A DNA stretch of 64,000 nt from Chloroflexota bacterium (GTDB taxonomy: Bacteria > Chloroflexota > Dehalococcoidia > DSTF01 > RBG-16-68-14), in assembly GCA_003228685.1 (NCBI GenBank), contig QIFC01000118.1, positions 16,578 through 80,577 on the forward strand, written 5' to 3'. The translations under genes and the position numbers were made by a program. This document shows, one piece after another, positions 42,593 to 52,058 of this stretch. Under the pieces are notes generated by a model. The model did not search any database, was not told where the DNA came from, and saw nothing but the letters and a program-made list of their open reading frames with translations. Numbering within the stretch: position 1 is the stretch's first letter; each line of letters begins with the position of its first letter.

Positions 42593-43450
42593 ATGAAGCG
42601 CGTCGCCATCATTACGGATAGCACCGCCTGCATTCCTCTGGAACTCGCAGCCACCTACGACATCCGGCTCATACCGCTCTTCCTTGAATTCGAAGACACC
42701 GTGTACGAGGACGGCATGGAGGGGAGCGCGGCGGCGTTCTATCAGACGCTGGCGGAGGCCAAGCAGCCACCCACCACGGCGGCGCCCGCGCCGGGCGTCT
42801 ACGCGGAAGCGATGCTCCGCGCGGGAGAACACGCATCCGCCGTCCTCGCGATCACGGTGTCGCGTCAGTTCAGCGCCATGTTCGACGCCGCCTCCCAGGG
42901 CATGGCGCTGGCCAAGGAGCAGGCGCCTAACCTGGACGTGCGCGTGCTGGATTCCGGAGCTGCGGCGATGGCGCAGGGGTTCGTCGTGCTGGAGGCCGCC
43001 CGGGCGGCTCGGGAGGGAAACGCCATCGATGGCGTGATCAGCCGGGCTGAAGCGCTCAGGCCTCGCGTCCAGCTTCTCGTAGCGCTGGACACGCTGACCT
43101 ACTTGGGACGCAGCGGGCGCGTGCCACGGCTGCTGGCCTGGGCGGCCTCGCCTCTACAGGTGAAACCCGTCGTCGCGTTCGAAAAGGGCAGCTACCGGCC
43201 AATCGGACTTGCGCGCTCCATGTCCGGCGCGTCCGCGCGGCTGTTTCAAGCGCTGAAGCAGCGGCGGACCGGGCCGCGAATGCATGTGGCCGTCCAGCAC
43301 ACGAACACGCCCGATGAGGCGGGCCGGCTTGCCGGCCTTGTCCGAAACGAACTGGACCCGGCGGAGCTGTTCGTCACGGAGTTCACGCAGGTGATGGGCG
43401 TCCACACCGGGCCCGGCCTGCTCGGGTTCGCGTTCTATAGCGAAGCCTAG
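42593..43450 (+). CDS. DegV family (fatty-acid-binding) protein
   Basis: MKRVAIITDSTACIP.ELAATYDIRLIPL... and ...VMGVHTGPGLLGFAFY are DegV hallmarks. Confidence 0.85.
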   Translation: MKRVAIITDSTACIPLELAATYDIRLIPLFLEFEDTVYEDGMEGSAAAFYQTLAEAKQPPTTAAPAPGVYAEAMLRAGEHASAVLAITVSRQFSAMFDAASQGMALAKEQAPNLDVRVLDSGAAAMAQGFVVLEAARAAREGNAIDGVISRAEALRPRVQLLVALDTLTYLGRSGRVPRLLAWAASPLQVKPVVAFEKGSYRPIGLARSMSGASARLFQALKQRRTGPRMHVAVQHTNTPDEAGRLAGLVRNELDPAELFVTEFTQVMGVHTGPGLLGFAFYSEA

Positions 43451-43526
43451 TCCAGCGTCTTGGTGCCTAGGAAGCCACTCGGTCTATACTTATGTTCGAT
43501 ACCAGCCCTGACGATCGGAAAATGGC

Positions 43527-44273
43527 ATGAGCAGAGAGCGCAGACGAAAAGGGAGTACACGTAAGCGGCGAAGGTCGGCCGCATTGTCCAGCGGGCGCGG
43601 CCGGTCGATTCCAACGGCGCCGGTCGTGGCCGCAGCCGGCGTGGTGGCAGTTGCAGCCCTTATCGGCTACCTGATTTGGCAAGTAACAAACGAGCCATTA
43701 AGCGGCCTCGTCAAAGCCGCGGAGGTCGAGCGCGACCCGGCACCCGACCTGCCCGGCGAGCATGTCAACCTGCCAGAACTCTACGCGGATGAACGCGGCC
43801 CGGCCACCTACCGCTCCAACGGCAGTGTCCCGAACACCGCCAAGCACGTCGCGGCAGACGTGGACTATGAAGCCGCTGGCAACTCTAACCCACCCGCTGG
43901 CGGCCCGATGTGGAGCGGCGACTGTGGGAGAGACGCAGAGTCTTCGCCTGATGTCTGCGGGCCGGCCCCCTGGGGCGTCTTCCGCACGCCTTGGAGGCCA
44001 GAGACGCTGAACCACAACATGGAGCACGGCGGGGTGGTTATCTGGTACAACACGGCCGACCAGGAGATCATCGACGACCTGGAGGACTTCGTCGAAGACC
44101 TCTTCCCGGTCGTCCTCACGCCGTATCCGGATATGGAAGACGAATACGTTGCCGTCACCACATGGGGACGCATCGACAAATTCCCGGTGAGCGAGTACAC
44201 CCGAGAGCGCCTTGAGGAGTTCAACGACGCGCACAACTGCCACTTCAGACCGGAGGGCATGTCGGACTGCTAG
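43527..44273 (+). CDS. DUF3105 domain membrane-anchored protein (paralogue 1)
   Basis: Arg/Lys-rich N-terminus, one TM helix, then ...HNMEHGGVVIWYNT... and conserved Cys pairs. Confidence 0.8.
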   Translation: MSRERRRKGSTRKRRRSAALSSGRGRSIPTAPVVAAAGVVAVAALIGYLIWQVTNEPLSGLVKAAEVERDPAPDLPGEHVNLPELYADERGPATYRSNGSVPNTAKHVAADVDYEAAGNSNPPAGGPMWSGDCGRDAESSPDVCGPAPWGVFRTPWRPETLNHNMEHGGVVIWYNTADQEIIDDLEDFVEDLFPVVLTPYPDMEDEYVAVTTWGRIDKFPVSEYTRERLEEFNDAHNCHFRPEGMSDC

Positions 44274-44297
44274 CCCGGCTTGCGACGAGCCGCGACT

Positions 44298-44435
44298 GCA
44301 CGTGGCCGTCCAGCACACGAACGCGGCCTTGTCCGAAACGAACTGAACCCGGCGGAGCTATTCGTCACGGAGTTCACGCAGGTGATGGGCGTCCACACCG
44401 GGCCCGGCCTGCTCGGGTTCGCGTTCTATAGCTAA
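44298..44435 (+). pseudogene. Duplicated 3' fragment of degV
   Basis: 44298-44435 repeats 43282-43450 nearly base for base, with a roughly 24-bp deletion. It ends ...FYS* where the parent reads ...FYSEA*. Confidence 0.75.
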
Positions 44436-44517
44436 GCCTAGTCCAGCGTCTTGGTGCCTAGGAAGCCACTCGGTCTATACTTATGTCGATACCCGTTAAT
44501 AACGATCAGGAGACGGC

Positions 44518-45255
44518 ATGAGCAGAGAGAAGAGACGGCGAGGCAGCACACGGAGCCGGCGGACGCCGGCCGCATCGCCCGGTGGGAGCGGCCCGTCGAT
44601 TCCGACCATACCTATCGTCATCGCGGTAGGCGTAATTGCCGTTGTCGCTCTGATTGGCTTTCTGATCTGGCAGAACGGCAAAGAGGCGAGTCCGGCCAAC
44701 GCGAGTGCTGCCGCGCACGAACGAGACCCGGCGCCTGATAAGGCTGGTGAGCACGTCAACTTGCCCGAGATCTACCAGGATGAACGCGGGCTGGCCAGTT
44801 ACTCAGGTGGCGATGTACCCAACACAGCACCACATGTCAACGAGGTCGTCGACTACAGCGACCAAGGGCTGCCGCCCGCAGGCGGGCCCCACTGGTCCGG
44901 CGGCTGTGGGGACGACCCCGTGGAGGCACCGCAGTTCTGCGGCCCGGCGCCCTGGGGCATTTACCGGGAGCCATGGGTAGCGTCCACGTTGATCCATAAT
45001 ATGGAGCATGGTGGCACGGTCATTTGGTACAACACGACCGATCAAGAGGTTATCGACGACCTCGAGGATTTCGTCAGCGGCAACAGCGACAAGTTGTTAG
45101 TGCTGGCTCCCTACCCGGAGATGGAAGAGGAACAGGTAGCGATCACCGTCTGGGCTCGCCGCGGCCTGATCCCTGCTGGCGAATACTCGCGAGAGTTTAT
45201 CGACGACTTCATGGATGACTGGTACTGCGAGTTCGACCCCGAGGGCTTCTGCTAA
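44518..45255 (+). CDS. DUF3105 domain membrane-anchored protein (paralogue 2)
   Basis: Same architecture as paralogue 1. ...HNMEHGGTVIWYNTTDQEVIDDLEDFV.... Confidence 0.8.
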   Translation: MSREKRRRGSTRSRRTPAASPGGSGPSIPTIPIVIAVGVIAVVALIGFLIWQNGKEASPANASAAAHERDPAPDKAGEHVNLPEIYQDERGLASYSGGDVPNTAPHVNEVVDYSDQGLPPAGGPHWSGGCGDDPVEAPQFCGPAPWGIYREPWVASTLIHNMEHGGTVIWYNTTDQEVIDDLEDFVSGNSDKLLVLAPYPEMEEEQVAITVWARRGLIPAGEYSREFIDDFMDDWYCEFDPEGFC

Positions 45256-45608
45256 CGCCGACCCGCGTAGCACTCGGCCCGGAGGGAATGTCGGACTGCC
45301 AGGCGGGCTTGGGGCGATGGAATCGCTGACAGGAACCCCGTTTGCGGATGCCGGGGATAAGGTCAGGGGCGGCGTCCAAGGATCAGCTAACCGGGACAGA
45401 GTGTTGCGTGTCAGGACACGTACGATATCCCGCGCAGGAGCAGGCACAAGTCAACGTAGGCGCGGCGCGCGGGCATCTGGTAGACTTCCTGCGGGATGAC
45501 TTCGAGGACGTTTTCACGCCGGTTATCCCCGGAAGACTGAGCGTACTGTTCGAGACCCGCTGACGCCGTTTCGCGCACAGCAGGCCCGAGCAAGAAGATC
45601 CAGGAGCA

Positions 45609-46313
45609 ATGGGCAGACGCAGACGCCGAACAGGAAGCGACTGGAGCAGCAAGGCGGGCGGCGGGCCGAGCATTCCGACGGTACCGTTGGTGATCGTCAT
45701 CGGCGTCGCCGTCGTCGCCGGCCTCGTGGCCTACTTGGTCTGGCAGCAGGGCCAGGGAGGAGGCGACGGTCCCGGCGACTACGCCCGCATCGAAGGAGAC
45801 ATGCCCACGGACAAGCCGGGGGAACATGTCGATCTACAAGGCATCTACGACGGCTTCTATGGCAACCGGAATGGCAACAACACGGAGCCTCACGTAACTG
45901 GCAAGGTGGACTTTTCTGAGCAAGGCCTGCCGCCGGCCGGCGGTCCCATGTGGGGCGGCGGCTGTGGGAGAGACGCAGAGTCTTCGCCTGCTGTCTGCGG
46001 GCCGGCCCCGTGGGGCATCTTCCGCACGCCTTGGAGGCCGGAGACGCTGAACCACAACATGGAGGCCGGCGGTACCGTCATCTGGTACAACACGACCGAT
46101 CAGGACGTCGTCGGCGACCTCGAGGATTTCGTCGGCGATAACAGCGATAAACTATTGGTGCTGGCTCCCTACCCGGAGATGGAAGAGGAACGAATAGCTA
46201 TCACCGTCTGGGCTCACCGCGACAAGTTTCCTGTGAGCGTGTACAGCCGGTCCCGGCTTGAAGACTTCATGGATGCCTTCTACTGCAAGTTCGATCCCGA
46301 AGGCAACTGTTAA
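45609..46313 (+). CDS. DUF3105 domain membrane-anchored protein (paralogue 3)
   Basis: Same architecture as paralogue 1. ...HNMEAGGTVIWYNTTDQDVVGDLEDFV.... Confidence 0.8.
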   Translation: MGRRRRRTGSDWSSKAGGGPSIPTVPLVIVIGVAVVAGLVAYLVWQQGQGGGDGPGDYARIEGDMPTDKPGEHVDLQGIYDGFYGNRNGNNTEPHVTGKVDFSEQGLPPAGGPMWGGGCGRDAESSPAVCGPAPWGIFRTPWRPETLNHNMEAGGTVIWYNTTDQDVVGDLEDFVGDNSDKLLVLAPYPEMEEERIAITVWAHRDKFPVSVYSRSRLEDFMDAFYCKFDPEGNC

Positions 46314-46352
46314 CCCGCGCGTAGCACTCAGCCCGGAGGGAATGTCGGACTG

Positions 46353-47222
46353 CTAGCCCGGCACGGGCGGCGCCAGCCGGTTGACCAACTTCTGGAAGCC
46401 GGCGTAGCCCCACCTCTGGAGCGCCATCGCGATCAGCAGCCCCATCAGCGCCACCACGACGCCGGCCATCGCGTCGATGATGTAGTGGTTGGCCGTAAAC
46501 AGGATCGCCGCGAACTGCGCGACCGGCAGGAACACGGCCAGCGCCCGGACCAGCGGGTTCTTCGTCGTCCAGAACAATACACCGCCAACCAGCACCGCCC
46601 ATCCGTAGTGCAAGCTGGGGACGGCCGCGTACGGGTTGACGAAGAACTCGGTCGATTGCGCCTGATACGCCAGGTTGTTGTACTCGCTCAGCGTATCGAC
46701 GAATCCGAACTCCGGCGGCAGCAGCCGCGGCGGGGCTACCGGGTAGACATAGTAGACGACGAGCGCGAGCGCGCCTGACGCGAGCAACGCATCGCGAGCG
46801 ACCGTGTACTGATGGCGGTGACCGAAGAAATACATCCAGAGGCCGATGCCGACGATGAGCGGGAAGTCCATCCAGAAGTAGATCGCGTTGAAGAGTTGGG
46901 TCAGGGCTCCGTAGTCCAGGATCGCCGCGTTGATTTCCGGCTCCCAGAAGAAGCCCAGCGTTCGCTGCAGATCGATGATGTCGGCGGCGTTGCGTTGGGC
47001 CGCCTCCTCGCGCTGGACGACACCGCCACGGACGATGAAATAGGCGAGGAACGCGATCGCCACCAGGGCGATCTCGTAGACGTGCCGGAAGATGGGCCTC
47101 CGTCCGACGGTGTCGATGAGCCTGCGGGACGCGTTCGCAATATCGACTGACACGATGACCTCTGTTGCGCACCATAGCCCATGCGGGCGCCATGCGCCCG
47201 TGCGAGATGACCGCGCGGCCAC
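46353..47222 (-). CDS. PAP2-superfamily membrane phosphatase/transferase
   Basis: Multi-pass membrane protein. ...[14 protein letters not shown]... and ...[12 protein letters not shown]... resemble the PAP2_C / sphingolipid-synthase-like motifs. The start is uncertain. Confidence 0.65.
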   Translation of the reverse strand: MAARSSRTGAWRPHGLWCATEVIVSVDIANASRRLIDTVGRRPIFRHVYEIALVAIAFLAYFIVRGGVVQREEAAQRNAADIIDLQRTLGFFWEPEINAAILDYGALTQLFNAIYFWMDFPLIVGIGLWMYFFGHRHQYTVARDALLASGALALVVYYVYPVAPPRLLPPEFGFVDTLSEYNNLAYQAQSTEFFVNPYAAVPSLHYGWAVLVGGVLFWTTKNPLVRALAVFLPVAQFAAILFTANHYIIDAMAGVVVALMGLLIAMALQRWGYAGFQKLVNRLAPPVPG

Positions 47223-47265
47223 CTCGTTGCGTCTCTATCTGTTCGCGACGTATCATGGCCTCGCC

Positions 47266-47676
47266 ATGCCAACTCCCCCGCGGCGTCGGAACATCTCCAG
47301 CGCATCACCATACGAAGACGTGATCGGCTTCTCGCGTGCCGTGCGCATCGGCCCTCATATTCACGTCTCCGGCACGACGGCCATGGGCGACGACGGAGAG
47401 CTGATCGGCGTCCACGATGTGCATGGACAAGCTGTCCAAGTGCTGCGGAACATCGAGGTTGCGCTGCAGGAGGCAGGGGCATCGCTGGCCGACGTGGTCC
47501 GGACGCGCATCTACGTCCGTAACATCGAGCACTGGAAACGGGTGGCGGAAGCCCACAGCGAAGCGTTCGGCGACGTCCGGCCAGCCGCGACTTTGGTAGA
47601 AGTGAGCCGGTTCGTCGACCCGCGTATGCTGATCGAGATCGACGCCGACGCGTACGTCGGCACACCTGAAGCGTAG
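47266..47676 (+). CDS. RidA/YjgF family protein
   Basis: From ATG 47266. ...[15 protein letters not shown]..., ...RTRIYV... and ...LIEIDADA... match the RidA pattern. Confidence 0.8.
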   Translation: MPTPPRRRNISSASPYEDVIGFSRAVRIGPHIHVSGTTAMGDDGELIGVHDVHGQAVQVLRNIEVALQEAGASLADVVRTRIYVRNIEHWKRVAEAHSEAFGDVRPAATLVEVSRFVDPRMLIEIDADAYVGTPEA

Positions 47677-47692
47677 ACCGAGAGGAGCGACC

Positions 47693-49195
47693 ATGGAGAT
47701 CCGTGCCGAGCAGGGAGACATCGTCCAGCAGAAGGTTGACGCCATCATCGTCAACCTGTTTGAAGGCGTCGAATCGCCGGGAGGCGCCACCGGTGCCGTG
47801 GATCAAGCCCTGGACGGCGCGATCTCCCAGGTAATCAAGGACGGTGGGTGTCGCGGCAAGGACGGCGAGTTCACGCTGATCCACACGCTCGGCAAGTTGC
47901 CGGCGCCCCGCGTCGTCGTCGCCGGCCTTGGCAAGCAGGAAGATTTCACGCTGGACAAGGTGCGCAACATCGCGGCCGGCGCGGCGCGCTTCTTGCGAAC
48001 CGCGCGCTGTGTATCTGGCGCGACCATCACCCACGGCGCCGGCATCGGGGGCTTGGATCCGCGCGATTGCGCACAGGCGCTGACGGAAGGCACGCTGCTG
48101 GGCCTCTATACGTTCGACCGGCACAAGAAGCCGAAGGACGACGCCGTCGAGCTCGAACAGCTCACGGTCGTCGAGTCCGACGATTCGCGGCTGGACGCCG
48201 TACGGCGGGGCGTCGACCGCGGGACCGTACTGGGCGAGGCGGCGAACTTCGCGCGAGACCTGGCTAACGAGCCGGGCAACAAGCTCACGCCGACCGACCT
48301 TGCCGAGCGCGCCCGGGCGATGGCCTCCGACGCCGGCCTCGAGTGCGAAGTGTACGACCAGCCCTGGATGGAGGAGCAGGGCATGGGCGCGCTGCTGAGC
48401 GTCGCGGCGGGCAGCCAGCAGCCGCCGAAGTTCATCGTGCTGCGCTATCACGGCGGCGGTTCTTCGCATCTCGGGTTCGTGGGGAAGGGGATCACGTTCG
48501 ACACCGGCGGCATCTCGATCAAGCCAGCGGCCGGCATGGAGCATATGAAGGGCGACATGTCCGGCGCGGCCGCCGTAATCGCCGCCATGGGCGCGATCGC
48601 GCGGCTGAAGCCGGAGATCGACGTCACCATGTGCGTCCCCGCGACCGAGAACATGCCGGGCGGCAACGCGACCAAGCCCGGCGACGTGGTCACCGCGATG
48701 ACGGGCAAGACGATCGAGGTGATCAACACGGACGCCGAAGGCCGCCTGATCCTATCGGACGGCCTGGGCTACGTGAATGCGCTGAAGCCTGATGCGCTGG
48801 TCGACGTGGCGACGCTGACGGGTGCGATCTCGATCGCGCTGGGCGACGTGGCGATGGGCGCGATGGGCAACAGCGACGCCCTCTACGACCGCCTCCAGCG
48901 CGCCGCCGAGGCCGCCGGGGAGAAGGTCTGGCAGCTCCCGATGTACGACGAGTACAAGGAGCAGATCAAGAGCAACGTCGCGGACATGAAGAACACGGGC
49001 GGCCGCAACGCCGGCTCCATCACAGCCGCCATGCTCCTGCAAGAGTTCGTCGACGACACGCCCTGGATCCACATCGACATGGCAGGCGTCGACGTCTACG
49101 ACAAGGTGAAGGGCACGACCGTGAAGGGCGCCAGCGGCATCCCCGTCCGCACGCTCGTCCACCTAGCCTTCATCCTGGCAGACGACCCGCTGTAG
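47693..49195 (+). CDS. pepA: Leucyl aminopeptidase (M17)
   Basis: 500 aa. ...VGKGITFDTGGISIKP... and ...NTDAEGRLILSD... are M17 signatures. Confidence 0.92.
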   Translation: MEIRAEQGDIVQQKVDAIIVNLFEGVESPGGATGAVDQALDGAISQVIKDGGCRGKDGEFTLIHTLGKLPAPRVVVAGLGKQEDFTLDKVRNIAAGAARFLRTARCVSGATITHGAGIGGLDPRDCAQALTEGTLLGLYTFDRHKKPKDDAVELEQLTVVESDDSRLDAVRRGVDRGTVLGEAANFARDLANEPGNKLTPTDLAERARAMASDAGLECEVYDQPWMEEQGMGALLSVAAGSQQPPKFIVLRYHGGGSSHLGFVGKGITFDTGGISIKPAAGMEHMKGDMSGAAAVIAAMGAIARLKPEIDVTMCVPATENMPGGNATKPGDVVTAMTGKTIEVINTDAEGRLILSDGLGYVNALKPDALVDVATLTGAISIALGDVAMGAMGNSDALYDRLQRAAEAAGEKVWQLPMYDEYKEQIKSNVADMKNTGGRNAGSITAAMLLQEFVDDTPWIHIDMAGVDVYDKVKGTTVKGASGIPVRTLVHLAFILADDPL

Positions 49196-49201
49196 CCAAA
49201 A

Positions 49202-49289
49202 CGATACCTAAGTTGCACACCGCACTTAGTTTCGATACTTTGCAATTGTAAAGTATCGAAGTACCATTCAGGTTGCTACTTAGGTATCG
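49202..49289. promoter_or_regulatory. 88-bp nested palindrome upstream of fic (candidate operator or cruciform)
   Basis: The outer 12-bp arms are CGATACCTAAGT (49202) and ACTTAGGTATCG (49278). The inner element is TCGATACTTT-GCAATTGT-AAAGTATCGA (49232-49259). Both are centred on CAATTG in an AT-rich stretch. Confidence 0.4.
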
Positions 49290-49298
49290 AACGGAGCG

Positions 49299-50477
49299 GT
49301 GATGGCAAGCAAGGCTAGTCCTGCTGGGCAGTGGGAGCGATCGCTAGAAGGTTACGAAACGTTCGTGCCGAACCCGCTGCCGCGCCAGCTAGAACTCGAT
49401 TCATCCCTCGTCTACCTACTTGACAACGCTTCCCGCTCCGTGTCGGTCCTAGCTGGTATCGGTGAGACATTGCCTAATCCCTACCTCCTCATCCGGCCAT
49501 TCATTCGCCGCGAAGCCGTGCTCTCTTCACGGATCGAAGGAACCCAAGCTTCACTGTCCGACTTGTTTAAGTACGAGATCTCAGACAAAGCACGAGACCC
49601 CACTAGCGACGTCCGCGAAGTCGCAAACTACGTCATCGCCCTTGAATACGGCCTGCAGCGTCTGGAAGAACTCCCGATTAGTGTTCGTCTCATGAACGAG
49701 CTACATGGGAAGCTTCTTGAGGGTGTGCGCGGTGAAGACAAGATGCCAGGCCAGCTGCGAAATCGCCAAGTATGGATCGGCGAAGAGGGAACGACCGTAG
49801 AAGAGGCTCGTTTTGTTCCACCCCCTGCGAACATGGTTCCGGACCTACTGGCTGATCTGGAGAGATTTCTGAACGAGGAGTTCGAAATGCCTCCTCTCAT
49901 AAGGGCGGCTCTCATGCACTACCAATTCGAGACGATTCATCCATATATGGATGGCAATGGCCGCATCGGGCGACTGCTAATGGTACTTTACCTCTGCGCT
50001 ACTGGTGTGCTTCCAACGCCCTTGCTTTACCTCAGCGCGTACCTTGAGCGACTTCGCGACGACTACTACGATCACCTCTTGCAAGTGAGCAACACGGGTG
50101 ACTGGCGAAACTGGTTGCGGTTCTTTCTACGCGGAGTGGACCTCCAAGCGCGGGACGGAGCGGTTCGCTCTCGTCGACTCCGAGCGCTTCTTGAGGACTA
50201 CCGGACTCGTCTGCAAGGCGTTCGATCTGCGAACGCACACACACTGCTGGACGAGGTATTAGCGTCGCCGTTCCTTACGGCTCAACGTGCAGCGACTGTT
50301 CTAGGCGTAACTCTCCGATCTGCGCGGAAGTTACTCGAACGGTTTGTGGGCCTGGGCATTCTTATAGAAGATCGAGCAGCACGTCCTCGCCTATACATTG
50401 CCAGCGAGCTTCTACTGGAGATTGAGCGGCCTATGGCGGCTGAGCAAGGAGATCAGTTGCCCTTGTTACGGACCTAG
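49299..50477 (+). CDS. Fic family protein (AMPylase-type) with N-terminal Fic_N and C-terminal wHTH
   Basis: HPYMDGNGRIGRLL is the HxFx(D/E)GNGRxxR Fic motif. The upstream SSRIEGT matches the (S/T)xxxE(G/N) inhibitory helix. Confidence 0.88.
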   Translation: MMASKASPAGQWERSLEGYETFVPNPLPRQLELDSSLVYLLDNASRSVSVLAGIGETLPNPYLLIRPFIRREAVLSSRIEGTQASLSDLFKYEISDKARDPTSDVREVANYVIALEYGLQRLEELPISVRLMNELHGKLLEGVRGEDKMPGQLRNRQVWIGEEGTTVEEARFVPPPANMVPDLLADLERFLNEEFEMPPLIRAALMHYQFETIHPYMDGNGRIGRLLMVLYLCATGVLPTPLLYLSAYLERLRDDYYDHLLQVSNTGDWRNWLRFFLRGVDLQARDGAVRSRRLRALLEDYRTRLQGVRSANAHTLLDEVLASPFLTAQRAATVLGVTLRSARKLLERFVGLGILIEDRAARPRLYIASELLLEIERPMAAEQGDQLPLLRT

Positions 50478-50524
50478 CTCAAGCAGAGCCGACCCGCTGT
50501 AGCTAGGAAGCATTGGCGAGCGAC

Positions 50525-50743
50525 TCAGGCCACCTGACGCCTGCCCCACCAGCGGCGCAGCGCGACAACAGACCAGATCGCCTCGATCGCCGCGAACGGC
50601 CAAGCCTCGATCAGGAAGCCGTAGGCCGCGGCGGCCGCGCTCGCGACCGCGAACCCGAGTACGAACCAGTGTGAGCGGTCCTCCAGCGCGTACATCACGA
50701 GCATCGCGCTGACAGCCACGATCCCGAACAGCAGCAACACCAT
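50525..50743 (-). CDS. Small hypothetical membrane protein
   Basis: MVLLLFGIVAVSAMLVMYALEDRSHWFVLGFAVASAAAAAYGFLIEAWPFAAIEAIWSVVALRRWW has two or three hydrophobic helices. The start is uncertain, and the listed ORF extends to 50851. Confidence 0.4.
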   Translation of the reverse strand: MVLLLFGIVAVSAMLVMYALEDRSHWFVLGFAVASAAAAAYGFLIEAWPFAAIEAIWSVVALRRWWGRRQVA

Positions 50744-50827
50744 GCTGCCCAGGATAGCCAATGCGCCGTAAAGCGGCGCACCTGTGCGCTGACCGAAGCC
50801 CCCTGTGCTAAAGTCCCCTCGTCTCAC

Positions 50828-52054
50828 ATGTTCAAGCTGGAGCCCTGGCAACGCACGCTGTACGCCGTCGCGATAGCTCAGTTCATCGCGCTGGGCGGCG
50901 GCAACCTCGTCTTCCCGTTCATCCCGTTCTATGTCGAAGACCTGGGCGTCACTGGGGAGAGTTCCATCGCACTCTGGTCCGGCCTGCTCACGACGGCCAC
51001 CGGTTCCATGCTGTTCATCTTTTCGCCCATCTGGGGCAACCTGGCCGACCGCTTCGGCCGCAAGCCGCTGCTGCTGCGCGCCTACGTTGGCGCGATGTTC
51101 ACCATGACGCTCCAGGGGCTCGCCCAGAACGTCTGGCAGTTCTTGGCGCTGCGGGCGCTCCAGGGCATGTTCGTCGGGACGATCCCCGCCGCGACGGCGC
51201 TCGTCGCCGCAAGCGTGCCGAAGGAGCGCGTCGCGTATGCGATGGGCGTGCTACAGATGGCGCTCTTCTCGTCGCAGTTCATCGGGCCGCTGGTCGGCGG
51301 CACGCTCGCGGCGTCGATCGGCATCCGGCCCACGTTCATCGGCGCCAGCGCGTTCTACCTGCTCGCGTTTCTGCTCGTGTTCTTCGCGGTTGAGGAGCAT
51401 TTCGAGCGCCCGACGGCCGAAGAGCGCGGCAGCTTGATCAGGAACATCAGGCTCGTGCTCGGCATCCGCCCGCTCGCCATCCTGATCGGCGTCGTCTTCT
51501 TCCTGAACGCGGGCCCGGCGTTCGTCCGGCCGATTATTCCCTTGTTGGTCGCTTCGTTCGACACGGCGGCGAGCGCCGAAGCGCTCTCGGGCGTCGCGTT
51601 CGCGGCCATGGCGATCACCAGCGCCGTCGCCGCGCTCTCCGCCGGCCGCATTGCCGATCGATTTGGCCGGCGCAACGCGCTCGCGCTCGTGACCTTCGGG
51701 GCGGGCGTCGCGTATCTGCCACTCGCGTTCGCGACGAACGCCCCGGTCGCGCTGCTGCTGTTCGCCGGGGTCGGCCTCTTCAGCGGCGCCATGCTGCCGA
51801 CTGCCAACGCCCTCATCGATCACCATGCACCGCCGGGCATGCAGGCGTCCGTATTTGGACTGGCCGGAAGCTCGTTTGCGCTGGCGATTGCGCTGGGCCC
51901 GCTCTCGGGCGGGGCCGTCGCGTCTGCCGCGGGGATACCGGCCAGCTTCCTCGTCATCGGCGCGGTGATGATCGGCGTAAGCATCGCCGTGCTCGCCCTC
52001 GTTCAGGAAGGGCCCGCGTTCGAGGCCCACAAAGAAACGACAGCGGAGGAGTAG
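50828..52054 (+). CDS. MFS transporter
   Basis: 408 aa with about 12 helices. ...GNLADRFGRKPLL... is the MFS loop 2-3 motif. Confidence 0.85.
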   Translation: MFKLEPWQRTLYAVAIAQFIALGGGNLVFPFIPFYVEDLGVTGESSIALWSGLLTTATGSMLFIFSPIWGNLADRFGRKPLLLRAYVGAMFTMTLQGLAQNVWQFLALRALQGMFVGTIPAATALVAASVPKERVAYAMGVLQMALFSSQFIGPLVGGTLAASIGIRPTFIGASAFYLLAFLLVFFAVEEHFERPTAEERGSLIRNIRLVLGIRPLAILIGVVFFLNAGPAFVRPIIPLLVASFDTAASAEALSGVAFAAMAITSAVAALSAGRIADRFGRRNALALVTFGAGVAYLPLAFATNAPVALLLFAGVGLFSGAMLPTANALIDHHAPPGMQASVFGLAGSSFALAIALGPLSGGAVASAAGIPASFLVIGAVMIGVSIAVLALVQEGPAFEAHKETTAEE

Positions 52055-52058
52055 GGGC

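Noticed and set aside
46901-48544. 547-aa minus-strand ORF, the longest uncharacterised ORF in the track
   Set aside because: It is antisense to the well-supported RidA and leucyl aminopeptidase genes. It is Arg/Ala/Pro-rich with no motifs, the typical shadow ORF of a high-GC genome.
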